A DNA stretch of 64,000 nt from a virus. This document shows positions 57,940 to 64,000 of the stretch, piece after piece. A program made the translations under genes and the position numbers. The stretch is from IMG/VR virus record IMGVR_UViG_3300043466_002666; one strand, 5' to 3'. How positions within the stretch are numbered: the stretch's first letter is position 1; each line of letters opens with the position of its first letter. The notes under the pieces are model-generated. The model did no database searches, was not told where the DNA came from, and saw nothing but the letters and a program-made list of their open reading frames with translations.

Positions 57940-58494
57940 ATGTATAATTTATCAGAATCATATTTGAACGTTTATAACTTAGATGAAAATGTATCTGGTG
58001 GTAGAGCCACTAGGGCAAGTTTTGGTGGTATTTCTCAAAGAACTTCTTCTGCAGAAGCTAGTAGAATTAGATCTGCTGGTCATGAAGCTAAACTTAACAA
58101 AATGAGTAAAGAGCCATCTAAAGGTGGTGTACCCAGAGATTCTGCAAGTCTAAGTAAAAAAAGAACTCCAGAAAAAGCAGCACAAGATAAAAAGAAAAGC
58201 TTACCAAATGTATTGCCTCATATGAGAAAAACTCCAGCACAGCAAAGAACTGGAGAAAGAAATACTAATATTAGAGGAGCATTATCAGATACTCGCTGGG
58301 GAACTCGTGCAGCTAATTATGACTGGAGACAACAGAAAAGAGCTGAAAGAAGTAAAAGACTAGGACTTAATAAAGAAGACATTGAATATATTTTAGATTA
58401 TCTAGTATATGAAGGATATGCAAATAGTTATGATACAGCATGTAATATTTGCGAACATATGTCCGACGATTGGATATTAAATATTTTAGACTAA
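57940..58494 (+). CDS. Hypothetical late protein, probable internal head protein
   Basis: Plus strand, with late promoter CATAAATA at ~57913. Acidic ends (LSESY..VY..LDE; ILDYLVYEGYA...MSDDWI) flank a very basic core. Confidence 0.7.
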   Translation: MYNLSESYLNVYNLDENVSGGRATRASFGGISQRTSSAEASRIRSAGHEAKLNKMSKEPSKGGVPRDSASLSKKRTPEKAAQDKKKSLPNVLPHMRKTPAQQRTGERNTNIRGALSDTRWGTRAANYDWRQQKRAERSKRLGLNKEDIEYILDYLVYEGYANSYDTACNICEHMSDDWILNILD

Positions 58495-58502
58495 TTGTTT
58501 AT

Positions 58503-58535
58503 TCCGAGAACTTAAAAAGTTTTCGGATTTTTTTT
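58503..58535 (+). terminator. Intrinsic terminator after the plus-strand gene
   Basis: TCCGAGAACTT-AAA-AAGTTTTCGGA followed by a T-run. A second hairpin TTCCGAGA...TCTCGGAA follows at ~58548-58575. Confidence 0.7.
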
Positions 58536-58638
58536 GTGTAAAAATTTTTCCGAGATTATTTTAAATGTCTCGGAAAGACATAGAGTAATATATGATAATT
58601 GCTCTCGGAGACTTGTGTTTGTTGGGAGAGGCATAATT

Positions 58639-59229
58639 TTAAATTTTTTTTAGTTTGGCGCAAGAACTTCCAGAGGAGATTGCATTATGTAAACTTTTGG
58701 CAAAAGCTTTTGGAGTTTTTGTTCTTGTTCTTAACTGAATCCAATTCCAATTATCTTCAATCCAACCAGTTAAATTTGTACCACTATAAACTTCTCCAGT
58801 AATTCCATCTAAAAGTTTAAATTGTTTTGCAGTAATTTTAATCATATTCTCTTTTCTAGAGACCCACTTTAAATTATTTGCATGGTTGTTTAATTTATTA
58901 GAGTCAATGTGGTCAATTTCTTTGTACTTATGTGGATTTTCTAAGAAACATTCTGCTATTAATCTATGCACATAATATTTTATTTGCTTTTCAGTTTTCC
59001 CCTCGGCATTTTTTAGAGAAATATTAATGGCTAGATACCTATCAGTTGGATTACTTCCACCTCTTGGGTGTTGTTTTAATTCTCTAAGGCTTCCTTTTTT
59101 AGAGATACATCCAGAAGTTCCTTTAATATGTGTTGAATACCATTCAGTGAAAACTTTACCATCTTCTGAAACATAATAACCATCGAACTTTGTGGGTAAA
59201 ATTTTCTGGGAAAAATTTTTTTGATTCAT
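58639..59229 (-). CDS. Free-standing HNH homing endonuclease (NUMOD4/HNH type)
   Basis: YYVSEDGKVF, VHRLIAECF, IDHIDSNKLNNHANNLKWVSRKEN. Probable start MNQKNF at 59229. Confidence 0.9.
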   Translation of the reverse strand: MNQKNFSQKILPTKFDGYYVSEDGKVFTEWYSTHIKGTSGCISKKGSLRELKQHPRGGSNPTDRYLAINISLKNAEGKTEKQIKYYVHRLIAECFLENPHKYKEIDHIDSNKLNNHANNLKWVSRKENMIKITAKQFKLLDGITGEVYSGTNLTGWIEDNWNWIQLRTRTKTPKAFAKSLHNAISSGSSCAKLKKI

Positions 59230-59347
59230 TGAGTATATCGAAGTCGATGGATAAGGTTTATAGCTTATATAGTATCTATTTTTTTCACGGCCCGGCGGGC
59301 CGGCGACCCATAAGGCCCGCTTATACTGCCCTGCCCGACTGATCAGG

Positions 59348-59423
59348 ACTGCTGATGGATCAGGAATGCTGATCTGTCTTGCCACTGGCTGATAAGCACT
59401 GCTGATGGATCAGGAATGCTGAT
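59348..59423. repeat. Two perfect 26-nt direct repeats (50-nt period), each containing the palindrome CTGAT-GG-ATCAG
   Basis: ACTGCTGATGGATCAGGAATGCTGAT at 59348-59373 and 59398-59423. Confidence 0.9.
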
Positions 59424-59456
59424 GGAAGGGGCCAGCCTGGCTAGCCCCGTTGCTGA

Positions 59457-59624
59457 TCAGGCCAACTCTAGCCAGCCATCCACATAGGTGTTCACTCCGA
59501 ACACTAGGGCTGCAGCCTTGGCCTCAGCCTGCTGGCGGGTCTCGGCCTTAATGCTGATAAGCTCAGCCATCAGCTCGGCGGTCTCGGGTGCGGGGTAGAA
59601 AGCGGTGAAGGTAAAGGTGGCCAT
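59457..59624 (-). CDS. Early small hypothetical protein (55 aa)
   Basis: Not in ORF track. MATFTFTAFYPAPETAELMAELISIKAETRQQAEAKAAALVFGVNTYVDGWLELA; -10 TACAAT at 59652-59657. Confidence 0.7.
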   Translation of the reverse strand: MATFTFTAFYPAPETAELMAELISIKAETRQQAEAKAAALVFGVNTYVDGWLELA

Positions 59625-59696
59625 TGGGGTTCTCCCTTGGTTGACTAGTCAATTGTAGCACGGATGGGGCCAGCCTGGCCAGCCCCTGGCTGCTGA

Positions 59697-59921
59697 TCAG
59701 TCAGCCGATGCAGCCGCTAGCAGTTCGGCGATCTGATCAAACCGATCCCACGCTGCCTTGCCCACGGCGCTGCAGCCGCTGGGGGTAAGGTCTGGCCGAC
59801 GACCCTCTACGGCATCCCGCCAGAGGCTGTGCCAGCGTGTTGCGGCGTCAGCTAGCTGGCTTTGCAGCTGGCGGGCCTCGTTACGGGTGAGGGTCAGTGT
59901 GATAGTGGTTTGCTTAGCCAT
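59697..59921 (-). CDS. Early small hypothetical protein (74 aa)
   Basis: MAKQTTITLTLTRNEARQL...; co-oriented with the early cluster. Confidence 0.7.
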   Translation of the reverse strand: MAKQTTITLTLTRNEARQLQSQLADAATRWHSLWRDAVEGRRPDLTPSGCSAVGKAAWDRFDQIAELLAAASAD

Positions 59922-59983
59922 GGTTCGGGTGTGGTTGATCGGTGGAAGTGGAAGGGGAGGCCCGGAGGCCTCCCGTGTGGGGG

Positions 59984-60169
59984 TCAGGCTAGGACTCGGT
60001 TCAGCCTGTTGTGGAGCGCCTGGGCGCAGAATTGGCCCCGGATCCCCATGGTGAGGGATGCCCCACGGTGAGGGATCAGATCCACCCAGGCGGTGGCCCC
60101 GCTCCGCCAGATGGCAAGGCGGAAGCCCAGGGCGTGAAGGGCGGTGATGTCGGCGGCGTTGTGGGTCAT
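59984..60169 (-). CDS. Early small hypothetical protein (61 aa)
   Basis: Directly downstream of promoter cassette 60170-60240. Confidence 0.7.
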   Translation of the reverse strand: MTHNAADITALHALGFRLAIWRSGATAWVDLIPHRGASLTMGIRGQFCAQALHNRLNRVLA

Positions 60170-60240
60170 GGTCTCGGGGTTGTGGGGGACCGTTTGCCCC
60201 CGTTGAAAGAATTATAGAGGGTGGAAGGGCCAGCTGTCAA
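60170..60240 (-). promoter_or_regulatory. Early promoter + 5' stem-loop cassette, copy 1
   Basis: TTGACA-gctggcccttccaccctc-TATAAT, then GGGGGCAAACGGTCCCCC hairpin and CCCGAGACC-ATG. Confidence 0.85.
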
Positions 60241-60258
60241 TCAGCTGGCCTGTATGGG

Positions 60259-60543
60259 TCACCAATCGCTGGGGTCGTACTGATCACAGAGCCAGTCGGC
60301 CCGCTCAGCTTCTGTCATTGGCCTAGTGAGGCTGAGCGGGCCGCAGGCCCAGATCTCAGCTTCCTCGCCTTGCTCAACCGGGCAGGCCCAGCTGAGAATC
60401 ATCCCAGAGGGGAGATACAGCCACGCCCTGGTGGGCTGGCCAGCCTTGGTATCCACATAGAGCCAGTGGATCACTGTCTGAAACTTAGGGGGAAGCTGGA
60501 GCTGGCCCACGGTGCAAGGGGTGAACAGATCAGCAGTTTGCAT
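60259..60543 (-). CDS. Early hypothetical protein (94 aa)
   Basis: ORF track 60259..60585. Start moved to MQTADLF at 60543, downstream of the promoter cassette. Confidence 0.7.
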   Translation of the reverse strand: MQTADLFTPCTVGQLQLPPKFQTVIHWLYVDTKAGQPTRAWLYLPSGMILSWACPVEQGEEAEIWACGPLSLTRPMTEAERADWLCDQYDPSDW

Positions 60544-60616
60544 GGTCTCGGGTGGTAGTGGGGGACCGTTTGCCCCCGTGATCACAATTGTAGAGGGTGG
60601 AAGGGCCAGCCGTCAA
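60544..60616 (-). promoter_or_regulatory. Early promoter + 5' stem-loop cassette, copy 2
   Basis: TTGACG-gctggcccttccaccctc-TACAAT, with the same hairpin and leader as copy 1. Confidence 0.85.
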
Positions 60617-60634
60617 GCAGCTGGCCCGATGGGC

Positions 60635-60958
60635 TCAAACTGTGGCGTTGCGATCCTGGCTCCAGTCCCGGAGCCGGCGAGTGCTGGCCTTGCTGAACAC
60701 CCGGTCCCCAATGGTGCGGCCATCAGCCAGGGTGATTACAGAGCGCCCAGCGGCGTCAGCCGCTATCTGCAGAGCCTGGCGGCCAAGCTTGCGCTCTGCA
60801 GGCAGAGCGGTGGGGCTCTCCCACAGATCCAGCAACCATTGGGCACGATGCCGGCCAACGATGCAGCCGGTTTTGATCGTGACCTTGGCTACTGCCACAG
60901 CCACGGGGGTGGGGATGCTGGTGCGGGTGAGGCGGTCAGAGCGGTTGGGGTTTGCCAT
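60635..60958 (-). CDS. Early basic hypothetical protein (107 aa)
   Basis: Co-oriented; -10 TACAAT at 61001-61006. Confidence 0.65.
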   Translation of the reverse strand: MANPNRSDRLTRTSIPTPVAVAVAKVTIKTGCIVGRHRAQWLLDLWESPTALPAERKLGRQALQIAADAAGRSVITLADGRTIGDRVFSKASTRRLRDWSQDRNATV

Positions 60959-61057
60959 GTTCCTGGGGGTGTGCGGGCTCCTGTCGGCCCGCTTGATGTA
61001 ATTGTAGGGGATGGGGGGACCCTGCCTATGGGTCAGGCCCCGGATTGTTGCAATCTG

Positions 61058-61339
61058 TCACACTGACGGCAACCCAGCAACCCAGGCTGCTGCAGCCGCC
61101 AAGCTGGAGAACTCAGCTCCCACGCTGGGGCATTGCCAGACGCTAAAGCAGCGGCGCTCCCATTGGCCGGCGTCATTGTGATCGTATGGGGCGTCTACCA
61201 TAACGCTCACAACCTGATCCACTCGGATCAAGTGAACCCAGCCACGGCGGCCCCTGATGGCGGCCTGCCAGTCCCGAACCCAGCGGCGCTGGCCGGGAGC
61301 TGGAGAGAAGACGGCTGGGCGGGAAGCTTGGCTGATCAT
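61058..61339 (-). CDS. Early Trp-rich hypothetical protein (93 aa)
   Basis: Co-oriented; -10 TATACT at 61364-61369. Confidence 0.6.
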   Translation of the reverse strand: MISQASRPAVFSPAPGQRRWVRDWQAAIRGRRGWVHLIRVDQVVSVMVDAPYDHNDAGQWERRCFSVWQCPSVGAEFSSLAAAAAWVAGLPSV

Positions 61340-61426
61340 GGCTGAATGCCTCAGGACTCATTAAGTATACAGACTAGGAAGGGCCAGCCGTGGCTGACTG
61401 ACCCGGTTTGTTGCAAAGCTTAATCT

Positions 61427-62185
61427 CTACACTTTGCTGGTGAGAATCGGCTGAAGCTCTTTACGATAGCCTCCGAACTTACCAGCCCGGCGGCGTGCAA
61501 ACAATGCTTTGCCGTAGGTTGAACCTTTAGGCTGGGTTGAATGCACAAGCAAAGCAAACGGATTGTCGCCGAAACAGTGGCTATCATCATGATCAACCTC
61601 TAAACCCAAAGCCTCAGCTTCCTCGTCATTGTGAACCACTTTACTATAACGAGGGAACAAACCTTCGTCGATCATGTGATCGAACTTGCCCCCATAGCTG
61701 GCGGTCATGTAGAAGTTAGAAGGCAACTCCAAACCTACAAACAGCGGCAGGTTCTTGCTGTAGCAGTAGAACTTGAGATCAGGATTAAGCTTGGCAACCT
61801 CTAGCCAAGCGAGCAAGTAAGCGAGGCTAAAGAAGTCGCCGGACTCGTGAATTCTCACCAGCTCGATCCTTTTAGTGCGAGCATTCTGCAGGCTGGTGTT
61901 CAACAACTCTACAGCAGTGCTGGCCTTAATCGCATCTGCGATTAGCTGGAGATTGCGAGCCCGAGAGAAAAACGGGCCATCGTATTGTGCCTCGCTGGTT
62001 GCAGCAAAGCACCGAAACTGAGTTTGCGGGCCGTCTTGAATGTGGCGCTTGCCGTTCTCACCAACAACAGCAAAGCTCAGGCAGAAAAGGGCACCGGGGC
62101 AGGTCTTGCCTGCCGGCAGGTTGAAAATCAGAGTTTGCTTGCCAAGCTTGGCGTTGCCGGTGGAAAAGGTCAGCAGATCAGACAT
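61427..62185 (-). CDS. GP88-like protein (mycobacteriophage gene 88 family-like)
   Basis: GNAKL, FNLPAGKTCPGA..C, RCFA, VRIHESGDFFS..Y, FYCYSK. Confidence 0.75.
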   Translation of the reverse strand: MSDLLTFSTGNAKLGKQTLIFNLPAGKTCPGALFCLSFAVVGENGKRHIQDGPQTQFRCFAATSEAQYDGPFFSRARNLQLIADAIKASTAVELLNTSLQNARTKRIELVRIHESGDFFSLAYLLAWLEVAKLNPDLKFYCYSKNLPLFVGLELPSNFYMTASYGGKFDHMIDEGLFPRYSKVVHNDEEAEALGLEVDHDDSHCFGDNPFALLVHSTQPKGSTYGKALFARRRAGKFGGYRKELQPILTSKV

Positions 62186-62265
62186 GGGTCTGTGTCGGTG
62201 GTTGACTTGAAAATCTTAGCAGGTGGGAAGGGCCAGGCTGGCCGGCCCTGTAACAAAATGAAATA

Positions 62266-62430
62266 CTATACTTTAGCCAGGCAATTGTCGATAAAGACAA
62301 ACAGCTCGCCCAGGTCAATGGTAGAGTTAACCCAGCGAACAGCAGAGCCATATTCAGCCAAGAATTCATCAGCAACTAGACACCCAGCTGCAAAGTCTAG
62401 GGCTTCAAAATAGCTTAGGGTCGGGTTCAT
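62266..62430 (-). CDS. Early small acidic hypothetical protein (54 aa)
   Basis: Not in ORF track. MNPTLSYFEALDFAAGCLVADEFLAEYGSAVRWVNSTIDLGELFVFIDNCLAKV; -10 TAGGAT at 62455-62460. Confidence 0.7.
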   Translation of the reverse strand: MNPTLSYFEALDFAAGCLVADEFLAEYGSAVRWVNSTIDLGELFVFIDNCLAKV

Positions 62431-62488
62431 TGGTGTGCCTGCAAGTGCCTGTTAATCCTACAGCAATGGGTGAGCCCGAAGACTCACC

Positions 62489-62506
62489 CATGTAACATTA
62501 TGTAAT
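62489..62506 (-). promoter_or_regulatory. HLR1 (RpaB-box)-like direct repeat, best of five copies
   Basis: ATTACATA-AT-GTTACATG versus consensus (G/T)TTACA(T/A)(T/A)-N2-(G/T)TTACA(T/A)(T/A). Confidence 0.5.
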
Positions 62507-62508
62507 AT

Positions 62509-62700
62509 CTACATCTCCAGCTGCCAATCTTGGTCTTTAAGTATATTTACCCAAAAGAAGTTTCGTCCATTCATACTACGCAGGAACACTTTGTCTCCTT
62601 TGTGTTGTTCTACAATACAATGTTCGCATGATTCCATTAGATTAGCGAACCTGTTTTTAGCTTTCTTTGAGATTGGCTTAACCGAAATCATCGGATCCAT
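62509..62700 (-). CDS. Early small hypothetical protein (63 aa)
   Basis: VKPISKKAKNRFANLM...CIVEQ...FFWV..DQDW. Confidence 0.75.
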   Translation of the reverse strand: MDPMISVKPISKKAKNRFANLMESCEHCIVEQHKGDKVFLRSMNGRNFFWVNILKDQDWQLEM

Positions 62701-62828
62701 GATGAGACTTTGCGATTGATTATGCTTAATAATTTAAGCATGATGAGAGCAGCAATGAGTTCAGCTGTCACAATTTGTTATAGTTAATAATTTGGTGGGG
62801 AGTTGCCTCCCCGTGTATAGTTAATAAT

Positions 62829-63092
62829 TTAGACAGTAACAGTTACTAATTCTTCAGTCTTTCGGCCATCAGCAATGGTAGAACCAATGCTAACATCTTT
62901 CAGCATCTGATCATTAGTAAGCAAATCACTCAGGAATTGTGCATAAGACTCACTACATGTGAATGTGTATGCTTTGTCTACATTGCTGTGATAAGTGATA
63001 ATAATATCAGTATTGTCTACAGTAATGGAATGAATGGCACTGGACTGTTCTTTAGTAAACTGACGGTGAACAGGAGAGATTGCAACGGTCAT
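62829..63092 (-). CDS. Early hypothetical protein, KTSC-like
   Basis: SSAIHSI...ITYHSN..AYTF...SIGS pattern. Start moved to MTVAISP at 63092, downstream of the promoter. Confidence 0.65.
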   Translation of the reverse strand: MTVAISPVHRQFTKEQSSAIHSITVDNTDIIITYHSNVDKAYTFTCSESYAQFLSDLLTNDQMLKDVSIGSTIADGRKTEELVTVTV

Positions 63093-63120
63093 GGTGTTCT
63101 GTGTGTTGTGTGTACAGTTA

Positions 63121-63178
63121 ATAATGTAGCTGGTGGGGGCTGAGGTTGTCAACCCCTTTGGGCCAGTTTCAGAATTGG
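63121..63178 (-). promoter_or_regulatory. Early promoter with upstream palindrome, copy 1
   Basis: CCAATT-CTGA-AACTGG...GGGGTTGACA-18 nt-TACATT. Confidence 0.8.
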
Positions 63179-63303
63179 ATCTCGTCTAGAGTTGGCTCTG
63201 CAGAGTTTGTATCATCGTCTGCAGTCAACATGTCCAGAATCGAGAGAATCTCATTGCCAGTTTGGCCTTTACGAAGCATTGAAATCAGAACTGCTGTAGA
63301 CAT
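63169..63303 (-). CDS. Early small hypothetical protein (44 aa)
   Basis: Not in ORF track. MSTAVLISMLRKGQTGNEILSILDMLTADDDTNSAEPTLDEIQF. Confidence 0.7.
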   Translation of the reverse strand: MSTAVLISMLRKGQTGNEILSILDMLTADDDTNSAEPTLDEIQF

Positions 63304-63308
63304 AATAA

Positions 63309-63443
63309 TCAATAATCGTAGTTGGAGTTAATGAAAGCAACAAAATGTTGCTGGGCTTCGGCATCATCATCAGCAGGAATCAGCATATCATCCTGCCAAT
63401 CATAAACCTCAGCTTCAAGTTCAACGAAATCGTAGGTGTCCAT
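63309..63443 (-). CDS. Early very acidic small protein (44 aa)
   Basis: Not in ORF track. MDTYDFVELEAEVYDWQDDMLIPADDDAEAQQHFVAFINSNYDY; directly downstream of a promoter. Confidence 0.7.
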   Translation of the reverse strand: MDTYDFVELEAEVYDWQDDMLIPADDDAEAQQHFVAFINSNYDY

Positions 63444-63463
63444 TGGTTCAGTAGTGAACATTG

Positions 63464-63521
63464 ATAATGTAGCTGGTAGGGGTTGGACTTGTCAACCCCT
63501 TTGGGCCGGTTTCAGAACTGT
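63464..63521 (-). promoter_or_regulatory. Early promoter with upstream palindrome, copy 2
   Basis: ACAGTT-CTGA-AACCGG...GGGGTTGACA-18 nt-TACATT; near-identical to 63121-63178. Confidence 0.8.
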
Positions 63522-63688
63522 CAGTCTAGGCAACCGTTGGCGTTCAGCCAGCCAGCACACCAGCCCTCACCAGTGTAGCATCCGACATAGTAGTTGCCAA
63601 TTGAAATACCAAACTGTTCTTCCATGTGGTAGGTATTCTTCAGATCCCAACCGAGATAGAAGAACTTGGTGTGAATGGAGAATTTCAT
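63521..63688 (-). CDS. Early small aromatic/Gly-rich hypothetical protein (55 aa)
   Basis: Not in ORF track. MKFSIHTKFFYLGWDLKNTYHMEEQFGISIGNYYVGCYTGEGWCAGWLNANGCLD; promoter TTGACA-18 nt-CATACT at 63712-63741. Confidence 0.7.
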   Translation of the reverse strand: MKFSIHTKFFYLGWDLKNTYHMEEQFGISIGNYYVGCYTGEGWCAGWLNANGCLD

Positions 63689-63766
63689 GGTCTTGTGTGG
63701 TTGACTTGTTCAGTATGGCATGGGTTGGGGGCTGGTGTCAACCCCCTGATTGATTAGTAATACTAA

Positions 63767-63949
63767 TCAGACATCATAACAGAGGTATTCCATCATCTCT
63801 TCTTTATACATTGCAGTCTCAGCTTCAGTGTTAAATTTAACACCTGCGAGGAAGTTGTAATGGTCAACCCAAGATGCACACCATGTCATTTTGTAGTCAT
63901 GATTTGCAACTGAGTTGTACTGATTGCAAGTGTCGAGAATCAGAGCCAT
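63767..63949 (-). CDS. Early small hypothetical protein (60 aa)
   Basis: ORF track; co-oriented with the early cluster. Confidence 0.65.
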   Translation of the reverse strand: MALILDTCNQYNSVANHDYKMTWCASWVDHYNFLAGVKFNTEAETAMYKEEMMEYLCYDV

Positions 63950-64000
63950 TGGAGTGGTTCAGAAGTGAACAAAGGTAACTTAACCGATTTTCAGGGTCCT

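Noticed and set aside
59230-59385. N-terminal extension of the HNH ORF given by the track
   Set aside because: It crosses the composition break and the repeat array. ATG 59229 gives a normal NUMOD4/HNH start.
59348-59423. Possible mini-CRISPR (26-nt repeat, 24-nt spacer)
   Set aside because: Only two copies, the spacer itself contains the CTGAT motif, there is no CRISPR-like repeat end and no cas genes. Kept as an operator-like repeat.
62178-62375. Track ORF of 65 aa on the minus strand
   Set aside because: It runs through a promoter. The alternative frame 62266..62430 has an ATG right after a -10 box and fits the cassette layout.
62250-62506. NtcA boxes (GTA-N8-TAC) at the AT-rich early motifs
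   Set aside because: Spacing or right half does not fit (GTA-N11-TAC; GTA-N8-TAA). A 10-nt direct repeat explains them better.
59758-63753. Plus-strand ORFs in the GC-rich region (e.g. 60512..61066, 61985..62413)
   Set aside because: High GC lengthens spurious ORFs. All promoters point along the minus strand, and these ORFs cross the promoter cassettes.
59285-64000. GC-rich block as host DNA, prophage junction or assembly chimera
   Set aside because: No host-like genes, integrase or att site. Strand, small-ORF style and GGGGTTGACA promoters match the phage, and GC declines gradually. It cannot be fully excluded without reads.
1-64000. tRNA/rRNA genes and photosystem genes (psbA, hli)
   Set aside because: Intergenic gaps are short and show no cloverleaf/T-loop pattern, and no such proteins are in the translations. 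tRNAscan-SE would confirm.

Overview
A 64-kb segment of a T4-like cyanomyovirus genome (Kyanoviridae-like; the host is inferred to be a Synechococcus/Cyanobium-type cyanobacterium), almost all coded on the minus strand. From left to right it holds three blocks. (1) Replication/recombination: 5' part of DNA polymerase gp43, hsp20, regA, gp62/gp44/gp45, a CobS-like AAA ATPase with a VWA-metallopeptidase partner, gp46/gp47, sigma gp55, uvsW, uvsY. (2) Head, tail and baseplate: gp3, gp23-gp13, a fibre protein, a VrlC-like protein, gp8, gp7, gp6, gp25 and PAAR, followed by an HNH endonuclease. (3) After an abrupt AT-to-GC shift near 59290, an early region of small ORFs, most with their own repeated promoter/stem-loop cassette. 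The most interesting signals are not in the supplied ORF track. A late-promoter-driven tandem glutamine-riboswitch-like RNA precedes a 48-aa YRG (DUF4278/IF17-like) peptide, and sits back-to-back with a ROSE-like RNA thermometer on hsp20. A 52-aa NblA-like ORF is hidden in the baseplate operon. HLR1 (RpaB-box)-like direct repeats lie at fixed spacing upstream of most early promoters that lack a -35 box. Together these suggest a phage that reads host nitrogen, temperature and light status; that is an inference. No tRNA, rRNA, CRISPR array, intron or intein was recognised. All calls are by eye, without database searches.
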